From NCBI GenBank assembly GCA_963691875.1, contig OY829846.1, positions 2,240,001 through 2,304,000 of the forward strand: DNA of 64,000 nt, written 5' to 3'. Position numbers and translations under genes: made by a program. The DNA is from Aureliella sp. GTDB lineage: Bacteria; Planctomycetota; Planctomycetia; Pirellulales; Pirellulaceae. Position 1 is the stretch's first letter; each line of letters starts with the position of its first letter. The notes under the pieces are model-generated. The model did not search any database, had not been told where the DNA came from, and worked only from the letters and a program-made list of their open reading frames with translations. Positions 1-10,576 of the stretch are shown here, one piece after another.

Positions 1-1643
1 ATGCGACCTCCCGCGAAATGTGCACAGCGATTTTGCGCGCTGGCACTAAAACTCCCATTCGGTCCGTCGAGAAAGAAAACGACTCCTGGTTCATAGTAGG
101 CGGAGAGGCCATGTGAAGATACGTCGCGTGCAACCGGCGGCGCGAACTCATTCATGCGCCAGTATGCGACCGGATGTAGATCGAGCAGACGAGCCGCTTC
201 TTTCCCGGGTTCGTCTTCGTAGATTCTTCTGGGCTCACCGGTGACTTCCTCCAAGAGTTTTAGATCTGTCGCCACAATCTGCGGCTCCGCTCGTTCCTCG
301 AGCCCTGCCGAGCGTGCAGCCCAAGTGTTGTAGCCTCCCAAGTGATGCTGCTCTGGTGGAGGAATATATCCTTCTCCACCATTGGCCAGTTCGATCACCA
401 TGGTTTTCGCTCGCGGACTCTGCGATTTCAGCTTCAGGCCCGTCAGCGCGTAGGTTTCATTGGCGGTCGTGGTGATCGCAATGTCGCCGATGCGAATGGC
501 TTGCAGCACCAATTCCGTACTCTGTCGTTGGTGCAGAATCACTTGTTCACGTGCGTAAACTTCCAGTTGATTCTTCGGCGCACGGTCTCCCATCCCCTCG
601 ACGATCTGCTCGGCCCAATGAAGTCGCTGCGCATCGGGGACACGGTACTTAAGCCGCAACTCAGCTTGTGCCATCGCCAAATCAGCGTCCGGGGCATAGT
701 CTATTGCTTCATATGCCTTTCTTGCGATCTCTAGCAATCCAACGGTGTATTGCTCGACGCTGCCGTCCGTTTCCGCTCGCGGCTGCATGTAATCTTTTTT
801 CCAAATATCTCCGCTGCAACCATGCGACATAACGGCCACCACGTCAGAGTCCTTCTCGTTCGATAAGAATTCTTCTAGTTGCTGGCAATACAAGCCAAAG
901 TAGTCAGCACTGATAGCTTTCTGACCACCAAAGTAGTGCATCGAGAAATTGCTCAGCACTGCAATTGGCTCGCCGGACAAAGTCTGAAATGCAATCAGAC
1001 TCAATTCTGGATCTTCCGGTCCTGTTGGTCCTGTGACGTCATCCAAGTTTTTGGCAGCGTGCATCGTTGCTCGCACCGTCGGATTCCCAAATGGGTCATT
1101 TCGCACGCGATCAGGTCGAAGAATCCATCGACGGAGGGCTGTAAAGTTGTCGGCTCGTGCACTTCCCCAACCGACCTTGGCCGGTTGCAAGCGTTTCTCA
1201 GCTGACAAAAGTGCTTCGGCAATTTTCTGCCTCAAAAGAGGAACATACGTCGGGTCTGGATCTGTTCCCAACGCCCCGTAACTAGAGGGAGCAGTGTGTG
1301 TGTGCGTCGCCGAAATCAGTATTCGATCTTCACTGAGCTCTCCGGAACTCGCCGCCAGCGTCTTCGCTTCGTCACAGAGCTGCCGAGCCAAAATGCAGCT
1401 GTCGACTACACAGATGCCAATTCGCTCCTTGCCATCATCCAGCACGATCGCACGCGCATGAATTCGAGTGGTGATAGTGTTGGCTCTATTGGGCAAAAAA
1501 CCGCCGTTTACCCAAACAGGCAATTGCGTCGGCGAGATATCAATCTTTGCTGCACCGACTCGGAGTTCTGCCTCGGCAATTTGCCCGAAGAAGCACAGAA
1601 TCGGAATCGTAAGGAGAGCAAGCAGACTTCGAAAACTCAGCAT
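1..1643 (-). CDS. Secreted neutral/alkaline ceramidase-like N-terminal domain protein, probably with a C-terminal LamG-like domain (runs off the window start)
   Basis: Not in the ORF track; translated by hand from ATG at 1643: MLSFRSLLALLTIPILCFFGQIAEAELRVGAAKIDISP...ARAIVLDDG...ISATHTHTAP...NFSMHY...HGCSGD. Later VAYWRMNE resembles a LamG start. Signal peptide present. Confidence 0.75.
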   Translation of the reverse strand, partial: MLSFRSLLALLTIPILCFFGQIAEAELRVGAAKIDISPTQLPVWVNGGFLPNRANTITTRIHARAIVLDDGKERIGICVVDSCILARQLCDEAKTLAASSGELSEDRILISATHTHTAPSSYGALGTDPDPTYVPLLRQKIAEALLSAEKRLQPAKVGWGSARADNFTALRRWILRPDRVRNDPFGNPTVRATMHAAKNLDDVTGPTGPEDPELSLIAFQTLSGEPIAVLSNFSMHYFGGQKAISADYFGLYCQQLEEFLSNEKDSDVVAVMSHGCSGDIWKKDYMQPRAETDGSVEQYTVGLLEIARKAYEAIDYAPDADLAMAQAELRLKYRVPDAQRLHWAEQIVEGMGDRAPKNQLEVYAREQVILHQRQSTELVLQAIRIGDIAITTTANETYALTGLKLKSQSPRAKTMVIELANGGEGYIPPPEQHHLGGYNTWAARSAGLEERAEPQIVATDLKLLEEVTGEPRRIYEDEPGKEAARLLDLHPVAYWRMNEFAPPVARDVSSHGLSAYYEPGVVFFLDGPNGSFSASAQNRCAHFAGGR

Positions 1644-1737
1644 AGCACTCTCTCATTACCTAGATCTTCTGCCTGAGAAGTGGCGACCGATTAAGAGCAA
1701 ACCGGCGCCTTCATTGAAAACGCATCGATTGGACTGT

Positions 1738-3489
1738 CTACAGTTTGCTTTGCAAGAACTCGTGCACATCAGCCACTACACGATCTATCCAAGCTGCTTG
1801 ATTCCAATGCCCATGTTTCGCGTCTTCGTGGACGATCTGCTTTGCATAAACGCCGACTGACTTAAGTTTGGCCAAACTGGGTTCGTCTGCTGTCGGGTTG
1901 TCCTTGCTGCCGCGGATGAACAAGCTCGGTGGATCTTCGGCATCGATTTTTAGGTAAGCATCCGCTAGCTCGTATAGCTTCTTATCTTCGTTGATGTTCT
2001 TGCCCAACCAGTTGATCGCATTGGAACTACTGCCAGCCACAGATTTCTCTGCGACGCTGCCCGAAGCAATTTCCATAGGCCCAGCTAGAACAACTGCAGC
2101 ATTGAGTTGCGCCGAAAGAGCTGGCGGAGCAATCTCGCGACCATACCCTGAAATTTCGCCCTTTGCTTGCAGAGCTTTCACATCGGCCCCCGTAGCCATC
2201 AGGCCGACTAAATGGCCCCCAGCTGATCCACCAACAGCGGCAATTCGATCAGGATCGATGTTAAGAGCGGCCGCGTTGGAACGCAGAAACCGGACTGCAG
2301 CGGTGCAATCATGAATCGCTGCTGGAAACTTTGCTTCAAAGCCAAGTCGGTATTCGATCGACATCACGACATAGCCAAGCTCAGCAAGCTTGATCGATAG
2401 CGGCCGGAACTTCGTCTTGTCCCCTTTGAGCCAACCACCGCCGTGAACCACAATGATCGCCGGACGGCCGGCTTCATCGCTCTCAAGATGCAAAATATCG
2501 CAGAGCAGCTTGCGGTGACCTTCTCTGTAATAGACGTAGTTCTGCTCGACGGACATGCCTTCTGGAATTCCGGTAGATGGTCTGCCCTCTGGATTGGCGA
2601 GCTTTCCCTTGGAGGGCGGAGTAGGTTGAACTCCGTATGCCAACATGGGCTGGCGCACGACACCACCAAATGTGCTGATGTAAAGGTCCTGACCACTTGG
2701 ACCGCCGAAGTTGCAGTTGATGGGTCGCTCTGGCGTCTCGAATTGATCTAGCAAGTCGCCTTTTGCATTCCAGATCCAAACAGCTTTTGCACCCGCACAG
2801 TAGACATTGCCAGCTCGATCGATGCACATTCCGTCCGACTGGGGACCTTTCTCGCCCCCCGTCATCGTGGCAAACTCCACGGCCGGATCCACTCGATCTT
2901 GTCCCACATTCGCGGAATAGATCTTGCCACCTTTGTAAGAGGAGAAATACAACGTGCTGCCATCAGGCGAGACGGTGATCCCATTCGGCGTGTTAATACC
3001 CGAGACCGCAACAGAGACGCTTCCCTCGGGCGTGATCCGTCGTACTTCGCCCTCCTTGGTGCAAGTGACATAGACGTTGCCGCGATGATCGACGACTAAG
3101 TCATTCGGCCTAGCTCCATCGTTAAAAGTCACCCAAGGTTTGGGCTTGCCCCAGCCATTGGACTTGCAGATCCGCCCAGCTGCATTCTCGGCCAAATACA
3201 ATTCGCCCAGCTGGAAAAACGTGCCAGAGTACCCCGCTCCCTTGGCGACCGACTTCCAAGGCTGTTGATCGCCCTTGGCGTTGGTCCGGTACGTGAAGAG
3301 TTCTTTGCCTTTGACGTCGGGTACGAAGACTGTACTTCCACTGGCAGCCCCGCCATCAGCCAATCCAAATTCTTGCGTGAGTTTTGCAAAGGGCTTTGAT
3401 CGATCGACGGGTGATTTCTGCGCGGTGGCAGAAACACCTGGACAGTTCAACAGAACAATAGCAAAAAACGTGCGAATCCAAGGTTTCAT
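1738..3489 (-). CDS. SMP-30/gluconolactonase beta-propeller fused to an alpha/beta hydrolase (carboxylesterase), secreted
   Basis: PNDLVVD, PNGITVSPDG and DGMCIDRAGNVY (SGL family); HGGGW and GGSAGG (HSL-type esterase); signal peptide from MKPWIRTFF. Confidence 0.85.
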   Translation of the reverse strand: MKPWIRTFFAIVLLNCPGVSATAQKSPVDRSKPFAKLTQEFGLADGGAASGSTVFVPDVKGKELFTYRTNAKGDQQPWKSVAKGAGYSGTFFQLGELYLAENAAGRICKSNGWGKPKPWVTFNDGARPNDLVVDHRGNVYVTCTKEGEVRRITPEGSVSVAVSGINTPNGITVSPDGSTLYFSSYKGGKIYSANVGQDRVDPAVEFATMTGGEKGPQSDGMCIDRAGNVYCAGAKAVWIWNAKGDLLDQFETPERPINCNFGGPSGQDLYISTFGGVVRQPMLAYGVQPTPPSKGKLANPEGRPSTGIPEGMSVEQNYVYYREGHRKLLCDILHLESDEAGRPAIIVVHGGGWLKGDKTKFRPLSIKLAELGYVVMSIEYRLGFEAKFPAAIHDCTAAVRFLRSNAAALNIDPDRIAAVGGSAGGHLVGLMATGADVKALQAKGEISGYGREIAPPALSAQLNAAVVLAGPMEIASGSVAEKSVAGSSSNAINWLGKNINEDKKLYELADAYLKIDAEDPPSLFIRGSKDNPTADEPSLAKLKSVGVYAKQIVHEDAKHGHWNQAAWIDRVVADVHEFLQSKL

Positions 3490-3560
3490 ATCTGGCTCCC
3501 GAGGCGAGGGATTGGAGGGGAGAGGGTAAGCCATAGCCATTGGCTAAAGTAAAAGGGAAA

Positions 3561-4373
3561 CTATTTTTTCGGTGAAGGCAATCGAACCAAATGCACAGCT
3601 CGGACATCCATCAATGCTTTGTTAGCGAGCTTAGTAGGCTCGATCTTCAGTTCCTGAAGGCCTACGTCCAAATCCACGACGCCGATTGTTCGCCACTGGA
3701 AATTCTGAAAGTGCCCCGTTTCCAAGACCTGGAAATCGACGACAGCATTCGCATTTTCTGATTCGACGCTGAAAATACTAATCCTAGCATCGGATCCACC
3801 TTGCCCCTTCCCACAGCCTTGCAGGATCGCCACATTGAACTTGCCAGCGGTTTCTACATTTATGGTCCAGCTGGCAAAGTCGTTCTTTCCAACCCAATAG
3901 CCCACCGTGTTTTTGTAACTTTGTGGTTCGTAGCGTATCTTCTCGCCTTTGGCGGTCGCCATGTGTGCCGGAAGCAAATAGGAGCCATCCGTTTGCGAGG
4001 TGATCGGTTTCGTCTCGCTGGGCAGCAAGGGCTTAGAACCAAAGGTCATCACAATCGTGTCGGCACCTTCGGGACGGTTTGACCACTTGACAATCCAATA
4101 CTCCTGCTCAGGACGTACCGAGATGTTCGATTGCTTGGTTCCTTTCCAAGTAGCGTTGCGTAGAGCAGCGGAAAGCCGAGGAATGTTGAGTGTCTTTAGT
4201 TTCACGTCCGTCAGTTTCAGCTCCACCGTCAATTCACCGCGTAATGCGGAGACTCCGGCAGAATCTACCGGAGTGAAAGGCTCTAGTTCGTCGGCCTGCG
4301 ATATTCCTGAAGTAGAGGTGCTGATGGCAAGCAAAATTGCTAGCAAGAGAAAAAATGGCGTCACAAAACGCAT
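3561..4373 (-). CDS. Secreted hypothetical protein with a C-terminal CBM6/DUF5077-like beta-sandwich
   Basis: Signal peptide; YEPQSYKNTVGYW...WTINVETAGKFNV...QGCGKGQGGS...ETGHFQNF. Confidence 0.6.
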   Translation of the reverse strand: MRFVTPFFLLLAILLAISTSTSGISQADELEPFTPVDSAGVSALRGELTVELKLTDVKLKTLNIPRLSAALRNATWKGTKQSNISVRPEQEYWIVKWSNRPEGADTIVMTFGSKPLLPSETKPITSQTDGSYLLPAHMATAKGEKIRYEPQSYKNTVGYWVGKNDFASWTINVETAGKFNVAILQGCGKGQGGSDARISIFSVESENANAVVDFQVLETGHFQNFQWRTIGVVDLDVGLQELKIEPTKLANKALMDVRAVHLVRLPSPKK

Positions 4374-4523
4374 ATTGCTGTTTCCGAACTGAGTAGCGAG
4401 AGGGGCAGGGCGGACGCAAGCATGCTCAGCGAAGGAGATGCTCGACTGACTTAAAATGTTATCACCCGGTCGGCCCGCTATCCAGCATATTCATGGCTGA
4501 TTCGTCAGCATTAGAACTGGGAA

Positions 4524-5378
4524 CTACGAACCGGCTTTGACTTTGCGGCGACGCATGTTGAAAAGTTCCACTAGGAAGGAGAAGCTCATTGCGCAGTAGA
4601 TGTAGCCTTTGCTGATCGGCGTACCGATGCCTTCAGCACAAAGCATCACTCCGATCAGCAGCAGGAAGGCGAGAGCAAGCATCTTGATACTTGGATTGCA
4701 GTCTACAAACGTGCCCACTTGATCAGCAAACCAGATCATCACTCCCACGGCCAAGATCACGGCAGCCACCATCACCCAGAGCTGATCCGCCATCCCGACT
4801 GCGGTGATGACACTATCGAGTGAGAAAATCACATCCATGATCGCGATCTGAACAATGACTCGGGAAAAAGTCACTTGTTTCGTGTTTGCGTCGCCCGAGT
4901 GTTCAGGATCTTCCTCCACCTCGTGGTGAATTTCACGAACACTACTGTAGATCAGAAACAGGCCACCGAAAAGCAAGATTAAGTCCCGCACAGAGATCTC
5001 GTTGAATTCATCCCAGGCATGTTGGTCGAACTCAGCCTCTTCCTCTACTGGCATCGACTCGTCCATACCCGGCAACGCAAAGGCATGCTCCACTCTCTGC
5101 TCTTCGGACTCTTCGTAGTAGTAAGCCTTCAGTCCATCAGCAGGTGCGAACACGTCGGTCACTTTGAAGATCGGCGTGGTCAAGTGCACGATCCAGAAGA
5201 TTCCGCATAACAAAACGAGCCGCGTACCGAGTGCGAGTAGTAGCCCCCAGCGCCGACCGGCACTTTGCTGTTCAGGTGGCAACTTCCCCGTAGCGACAGA
5301 GATAAAAACAATGTTGTCGATACCCAAAACGATTTCCATGAGGCTCAAAGCGATCAAGGCAACAATGGCTTCAAACAT
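4524..5378 (-). CDS. TerC family membrane protein
   Basis: MEIVLGIDNIVFI, DVIFSLDSVITAVGM and KGYIYCAMSFS..VE motifs. Confidence 0.9.
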   Translation of the reverse strand: MFEAIVALIALSLMEIVLGIDNIVFISVATGKLPPEQQSAGRRWGLLLALGTRLVLLCGIFWIVHLTTPIFKVTDVFAPADGLKAYYYEESEEQRVEHAFALPGMDESMPVEEEAEFDQHAWDEFNEISVRDLILLFGGLFLIYSSVREIHHEVEEDPEHSGDANTKQVTFSRVIVQIAIMDVIFSLDSVITAVGMADQLWVMVAAVILAVGVMIWFADQVGTFVDCNPSIKMLALAFLLLIGVMLCAEGIGTPISKGYIYCAMSFSFLVELFNMRRRKVKAGS

Positions 5379-5430
5379 AGGAAATTTAATCTCTTAGTAA
5401 TCGAAAACTGGAATGCAGACCTGCAGGCAA

Positions 5431-6183
5431 CTAGCTCAGCAACGGGGCGAGCAAACTATAGAGTGCCATCGCGATCAACACGATGTAGCTAATCGGTCGA
5501 AGCCAATCATCACCCAACTTTGAGCCGATTCGTAGCCCGACTGCAGCGCCGATCAATACAAGAGGCAAGGCAATGCAAGCAACGACAACCGCTCGCCAAA
5601 CCTCATGCCCAAACTTCCACCAAAGTAGCAGAATCTGCGGCGCAAAGTTACCGATATACATGGTGAACAAAAAAGCACGAGCTCGATCTGCAGCAAACTT
5701 CTGGCCGTGGACCCAAAGCACCATCGGTGGACCACTGATGCCAGAGAGCCCTTGCAGGATACCGCTACCGCCAAAGGTGATCGTAACCCAGTACCAACGT
5801 GCGGCGTTCTTCCAATCTATTCCAACGAAGGCCTGCGAAACGACGGCGAGCAGAATCATCAAGGCAACGAACTGGTTGATACTCTCACTCGACCAAGTCA
5901 CTACGTAAGTCAGACCAACAATACCAATTGGCATGGCCAGAATCCGAAGCGAAGCAGGCGCGGCAACTTCTCGAAACGTGATACTCTCACGCAGTTTCCA
6001 CAGCCCGAATACGTTCTGCGGAAACATGGCTGTGATGATCATGAGTTGAGCTGTTACAAAATCATTGCCTGCCCAAAGTAGAAGAGGCATGGCAAACATC
6101 GCCGCAGCGAATCCAACAGCGGCTTGAATTGTCGCGGCTGCAGCGAGAATCAGAACTGACCACAGTACCGGAGTGTCAGCCAA
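5431..6183 (-). CDS. TauE/SafE (TSUP) sulfite-exporter family membrane protein
   Basis: About 8 hydrophobic segments; QAAVGFAAAMFAMPLL and GILQGLSGISGPP. Confidence 0.8.
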   Translation of the reverse strand: MADTPVLWSVLILAAAATIQAAVGFAAAMFAMPLLLWAGNDFVTAQLMIITAMFPQNVFGLWKLRESITFREVAAPASLRILAMPIGIVGLTYVVTWSSESINQFVALMILLAVVSQAFVGIDWKNAARWYWVTITFGGSGILQGLSGISGPPMVLWVHGQKFAADRARAFLFTMYIGNFAPQILLLWWKFGHEVWRAVVVACIALPLVLIGAAVGLRIGSKLGDDWLRPISYIVLIAMALYSLLAPLLS

Positions 6184-6396
6184 ATATGCTTGCAGTTCTG
6201 CGATCTCAACCTCCTTGATTTCCTGTATTGGGACTCGCCAGAATTCCGTCCCATACTGGCCCTCACAAGCTTGCTAAAACCCTCTGAGGGATTCATGAAA
6301 AGGGAAGAGCCAAAAGGCTTAACGACGAGAATGCTGGCGAATCCCACTTCAGGAATGAATCCTGAAAAGTTCCGCTAAGAGGTGTTCCTGAAACAC

Positions 6397-7272
6397 CTAT
6401 TGCTTGATCTCAAACAACTCTGTCAGCTCGCCATCTAGACTTAGCTGAAAGACTTTCCGAGCCTTGGGATCTGCAACCAGCAGACCGTCTTTGTATGCCG
6501 TTATGCCAACTGGTCCCGCCAAGGGTTCACCAGAAATAAGCTTCACCGGCTCAGCACCAGCGGTTACTTTCCAAACAGCTTTGGCGTAGCCATCAGTAAC
6601 GTATGCGTTCCCATCTTCGTCAAAGACTATTTGATGCGGAAACTGGAACTTACGATCGGCCACGACCGCTTCTACCTTGCCGGAATCGTCAACGATTTGT
6701 AGCTGAGCCTTTTGTTGCGACACCACCCAGACCTTGCCATCGGCGCCAATGCCAACTCCACGCGGATTGACTGCGGCGAGTTCCTTGGGTTCTTGGCTAC
6801 CAGCTTCTATTTTAAAAAGGCGTCGCAACTCGAGGTCTGCGATATATAGACTCCCATCTTTGGCAACTGCGATGTCCATTGGCATACCGATCTTGCCACC
6901 GGTGATCGGCTCTGCTTTGTCCTGAGTCACTTTGTAAATATCGCGTGTGGAAGTATCCGCGACGAGAACTTCGCCTTCGGAACCAATGGCGATAGCGCGA
7001 GCCGCATTGAGCGGGGTGCGGTACTTCGGTGAGCCTTGGAAGAACACTGAAAGTGCTCCGTCTTTCCACTTCCAGACTCCCGGCAGATAGCGATCAACCA
7101 CGTAGATCGTGCCATCCTCAGCCGCCGCCACATCCAAAGGGTAAGGAGGCATCTTGCCCTGCCCGTTCGCCTTCTGGGCTTGCAAGAGCAGAATCGACAA
7201 GATCGAAAGAAAAATCAGAGCCAAGTGTTGTCTGAGAACGAAAAGTGCGTGAGGAACAGGGAGGGAGTGCAT
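6397..7272 (-). CDS. Secreted NHL-repeat beta-propeller protein
   Basis: Repeated P-x-D/G-I-A-V...G-x-(L/I)YV(A/V)D blades; signal peptide. Confidence 0.8.
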   Translation of the reverse strand: MHSLPVPHALFVLRQHLALIFLSILSILLLQAQKANGQGKMPPYPLDVAAAEDGTIYVVDRYLPGVWKWKDGALSVFFQGSPKYRTPLNAARAIAIGSEGEVLVADTSTRDIYKVTQDKAEPITGGKIGMPMDIAVAKDGSLYIADLELRRLFKIEAGSQEPKELAAVNPRGVGIGADGKVWVVSQQKAQLQIVDDSGKVEAVVADRKFQFPHQIVFDEDGNAYVTDGYAKAVWKVTAGAEPVKLISGEPLAGPVGITAYKDGLLVADPKARKVFQLSLDGELTELFEIKQ

Positions 7273-7599
7273 CAATCGTAACCAAGCAAAAGTGCGGGAA
7301 AGATGAGGTCAGAGACTGGTCGAACGTGATCTTTGACCTCGACACTATCGTAGACTGATTGTTGGGCCATGTCAGGAGCGCTGCCCAAGACCAAGATGGA
7401 ATCGCCGGCTGGCAAGGCGTTTCACATCCGAGATGCGGAAGCGATTGAGGTTTTCCGCTTGAACACACGGACTGGTCGCGAGGCCGGGCGTTTTCCGCAT
7501 CCTTACTTGAGCTTCCGAAAATCTGCGCCAACTGAATAATGTATCGCCGGCAGCAAAGCATGTTGCCAAGCAACTCAACCGAGAGGAATCTACCAGCCT

Positions 7600-8739
7600 A
7601 TGTCCATCCAGCGCAATCCATCTCGTAGTGTGCGAATTGGTAGCATCAGCGTCGGTGCAGAACATCCAATTGCAATCCAAAGCATGACTGCCACTCACAC
7701 TCAAGACATTGACGCGACGGTGGCCCAAGTAAACGACTTGCACGCAGCCGGAGCTGACGTGGTACGCATTGCGGTCGATAGTGGCAAAGACGCGGAAGCC
7801 CTGGCCGAAATTCGCAGGCAGACGGAAGCCAATCTGTCTGTCGACTTGCAGGAAAGCTATCGCCTTGCCGAGAAGGTCGCGCCTCACGTCGATAAAGTGC
7901 GTTACAACCCTGGGCATTTGTACCATCACGAGAAAACCCGTCCTTGGCAAGACAAGGTGCGTTATCTGGCCGAAGTGGCGAGTGACAATGACTGCGCGAT
8001 ACGCATTGGCGTCAACTGCGGCAGCGTCGACCCGGAGAAGAAAGCTCAGTTCGCCCCCGAAGACGAAATCGGCCCAATCCTGCAGAGTGGCATTGAGCAC
8101 TGCGAGCACCTGGAGAGCCTAGGTTTTGAGCGTTTCGTTGTCAGCATGAAGGATAGCGACCCTGCAACCGTGGTGAAGATCAATCAAGCCTTTGCCGAAA
8201 AGCGACCTGATGTACCGCTACACCTAGGAGTCACCGAAGCTGGCTTGCCACCCGATGGGATCATCAAGACTCGTATCGCCTTCGAGCAACTGATTGGACG
8301 CGGGATTGGTGACACAATTCGTGTTTCGCTAACTGTACCCAACCCTCGCAAACCCGAAGAGATCCAAGCGGGGCGAGAAATCATCGACGACATCTATTCG
8401 GGACGCCTGCGCAGTGTAGTAGCCTTGGACCCAACAGCACTGAACATTATCTCTTGTCCAAGTTGTTCACGGGTCGAGAACGAAGCCTTTGTGGAGCTCG
8501 CGCAAGACGTAAAAGAAATGACAACTTACGCGAAAGAGCATGCAATCACGATTGCCGTGATGGGCTGTCGCGTTAATGGGCCAGGCGAGACCGACGAAGC
8601 CGACCTCGGACTCTGGTGCGGTCCCAATCGAGTGAACCTGAAAAAGGGCGAGGAGTCATTGGGCTCGTATCCCTACGATGAAATCCTTGGGAAGTTGAAA
8701 GAAGAACTCGACAAGCTCATCACAGCGCAAACGGCCTAA
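7600..8739 (+). CDS. ispG: (E)-4-hydroxy-3-methylbut-2-enyl-diphosphate synthase (MEP pathway)
   Basis: [47 protein letters not shown] and [12 protein letters not shown]. Confidence 0.97.
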   Translation: MSIQRNPSRSVRIGSISVGAEHPIAIQSMTATHTQDIDATVAQVNDLHAAGADVVRIAVDSGKDAEALAEIRRQTEANLSVDLQESYRLAEKVAPHVDKVRYNPGHLYHHEKTRPWQDKVRYLAEVASDNDCAIRIGVNCGSVDPEKKAQFAPEDEIGPILQSGIEHCEHLESLGFERFVVSMKDSDPATVVKINQAFAEKRPDVPLHLGVTEAGLPPDGIIKTRIAFEQLIGRGIGDTIRVSLTVPNPRKPEEIQAGREIIDDIYSGRLRSVVALDPTALNIISCPSCSRVENEAFVELAQDVKEMTTYAKEHAITIAVMGCRVNGPGETDEADLGLWCGPNRVNLKKGEESLGSYPYDEILGKLKEELDKLITAQTA

Positions 8740-8814
8740 CAGATTGGCCAGAATTCCTCGCTAAAAAGCAATCGCTACGGAACAATACAGGGTTTTCTGG
8801 CAAAATCTCTGAAG

Positions 8815-10413
8815 TCAAGTCTCTTCGATACTGCTTAGAATCCGATCGACGATGGCTTCATCTGTCGCCGGATTGAAGAACACCGCTTTCCAAGCCGGAA
8901 TTTCAATTCCAAAGGGCTTGTAGCCAAAGTTCGTGGTGAACCCTAACCTTGCGTCCGAGCGAGGGTCCATCATCTTTTCGCGTTTTTGCTGAGTGCTTTT
9001 CACTTCCGCAAAGTACCTTTCGCGTTCCTCTTTCGGCAAGTCGCCTGCGATTAACTTCTGATAGATCTCTTCGGCGTTGCGTCCCTTCGGCAAGACCCAC
9101 CAATCCACCGCGACGCCAACCGTATTGCGATTCAGAACTTTGCAATAATCAAGCTGCTCCAAGCCTTGTTTCAGTCGTTCCGCCAATTCGATTCCACGAG
9201 CTGTCAGCATTCGCCAGCCTTCCAGGCCGATAGCGTTCAGCGAAGCCATGACGATGTACGGGCCGAGGGCAGGTCGGGAGCACTCCAGTGTAAAGAGTGC
9301 TGGGTCTCGTCGAGCATCGGCCTCGGAGAAGTAAGGCGTGTCGGCAACGTCGCGCGCCAAATACTTTAGGTCCTCGCGGCGATTCACCAAAAAGGCGCTC
9401 GAAGGATAGTGCCCACGCCCCATCTTGTGAAAGTCGATCGTCACCGAATCGACACAACGCAAGCCTTCGCACTTCTGCTTCACGCGAGAAACGATGCCCA
9501 GCAACTCTTCAGTAAATTGCTGCGGATTCGCTTGTAGATCATAGTCAGCCAAGAAAGCCAGGGCCCAACCCACTGCTGCATCGACGTGCAGCTGCGGCGA
9601 AGGCTCGTTGTACTCCGCCGCCTTAGAATCAATTAACTCTCGAATGGCTGCGAGGTCGTCGATGCCAAAACCATCAGTCGTTCCAAAAGTCGCCGCCACA
9701 AAAGCGACTTTAGCCTTCTCTTGGTAGAGCTCGTCGAGTTTAGCTTCCATCAAGTCGAGGCGGACCGACAACTCGGAATCTGTCGGAATGGAAATCAGGT
9801 TATTGACTCCGATGCCCAGCCAGCCAGCAACAGTTCGATTGGAATAGTGACTTGCTTCGGAGCAAAGTCCGACAACACGTTGGCCACCGATTCCGTTCTG
9901 CATCGCGCCAGGAACGACGCGCTCCAACCCAATTTTGGCTCCATAGAGGTTTGAGATCGTGCCACCAATCGTGAACACACCCCACGGGTCTTGTGTATGG
10001 TAGAAGATCAGATTGGCGAGTGCCGTAACGGTTTTGACTTCTAATTCATTCGATCGTTGGCTGTAGCGATCCGTGCAAAGATTCGGATTTTTCAACAGGC
10101 AGGCGAATGCACCTACAAGCGAGGCTTGGTTTGCCGGGCCACGAACGTTCTCGACGTGCAGTGGACTGTTGAAGCTGTCCGTGCCCCAGAAGTAGGGAAA
10201 GACCGCATCGCGAGCATCCTTGAGGTTGCCGGGCAGTAAGTGGATTTCAGGATTTGCCTGCGCCGTCTCATAGTTTTGCGACATCGCGTGAGCGGGGTGC
10301 TGAGCATCTTCGGCAGCGGCAGCGCTGAGCAATTCCTCCAAAATGGGAACGATCGCTTCTTGATCCCACTGGAAGAAAGTCTTGACTAGCTTTTGGTACT
10401 CATCGCGCTGCAT
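8815..10413 (-). CDS. Group II pyridoxal-phosphate-dependent decarboxylase
   Basis: GGTISNLY, SHYS, TFGTT...GIDD, LHVDAAVG and DSVTIDFHK (PLP lysine). Confidence 0.88.
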   Translation of the reverse strand: MQRDEYQKLVKTFFQWDQEAIVPILEELLSAAAAEDAQHPAHAMSQNYETAQANPEIHLLPGNLKDARDAVFPYFWGTDSFNSPLHVENVRGPANQASLVGAFACLLKNPNLCTDRYSQRSNELEVKTVTALANLIFYHTQDPWGVFTIGGTISNLYGAKIGLERVVPGAMQNGIGGQRVVGLCSEASHYSNRTVAGWLGIGVNNLISIPTDSELSVRLDLMEAKLDELYQEKAKVAFVAATFGTTDGFGIDDLAAIRELIDSKAAEYNEPSPQLHVDAAVGWALAFLADYDLQANPQQFTEELLGIVSRVKQKCEGLRCVDSVTIDFHKMGRGHYPSSAFLVNRREDLKYLARDVADTPYFSEADARRDPALFTLECSRPALGPYIVMASLNAIGLEGWRMLTARGIELAERLKQGLEQLDYCKVLNRNTVGVAVDWWVLPKGRNAEEIYQKLIAGDLPKEERERYFAEVKSTQQKREKMMDPRSDARLGFTTNFGYKPFGIEIPAWKAVFFNPATDEAIVDRILSSIEET

Positions 10414-10576
10414 GGGGTCCTCTTCGTCTGCAATGCAGATATCGTCTTTCGACTTTCGCAAAGTCGCCTGAGCCTGATAATGTCGGAATTAAGCTGACTC
10501 CTGTTCGGCACCGCGGGTAACAGGCGGCTGAATTCCTGACTTATCGATCATCTTGCCACATTTATCATTGTTGACA

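Noticed and set aside
7372..8109. 245-aa minus-strand ORF
   Set aside because: Antisense to ispG with no motifs
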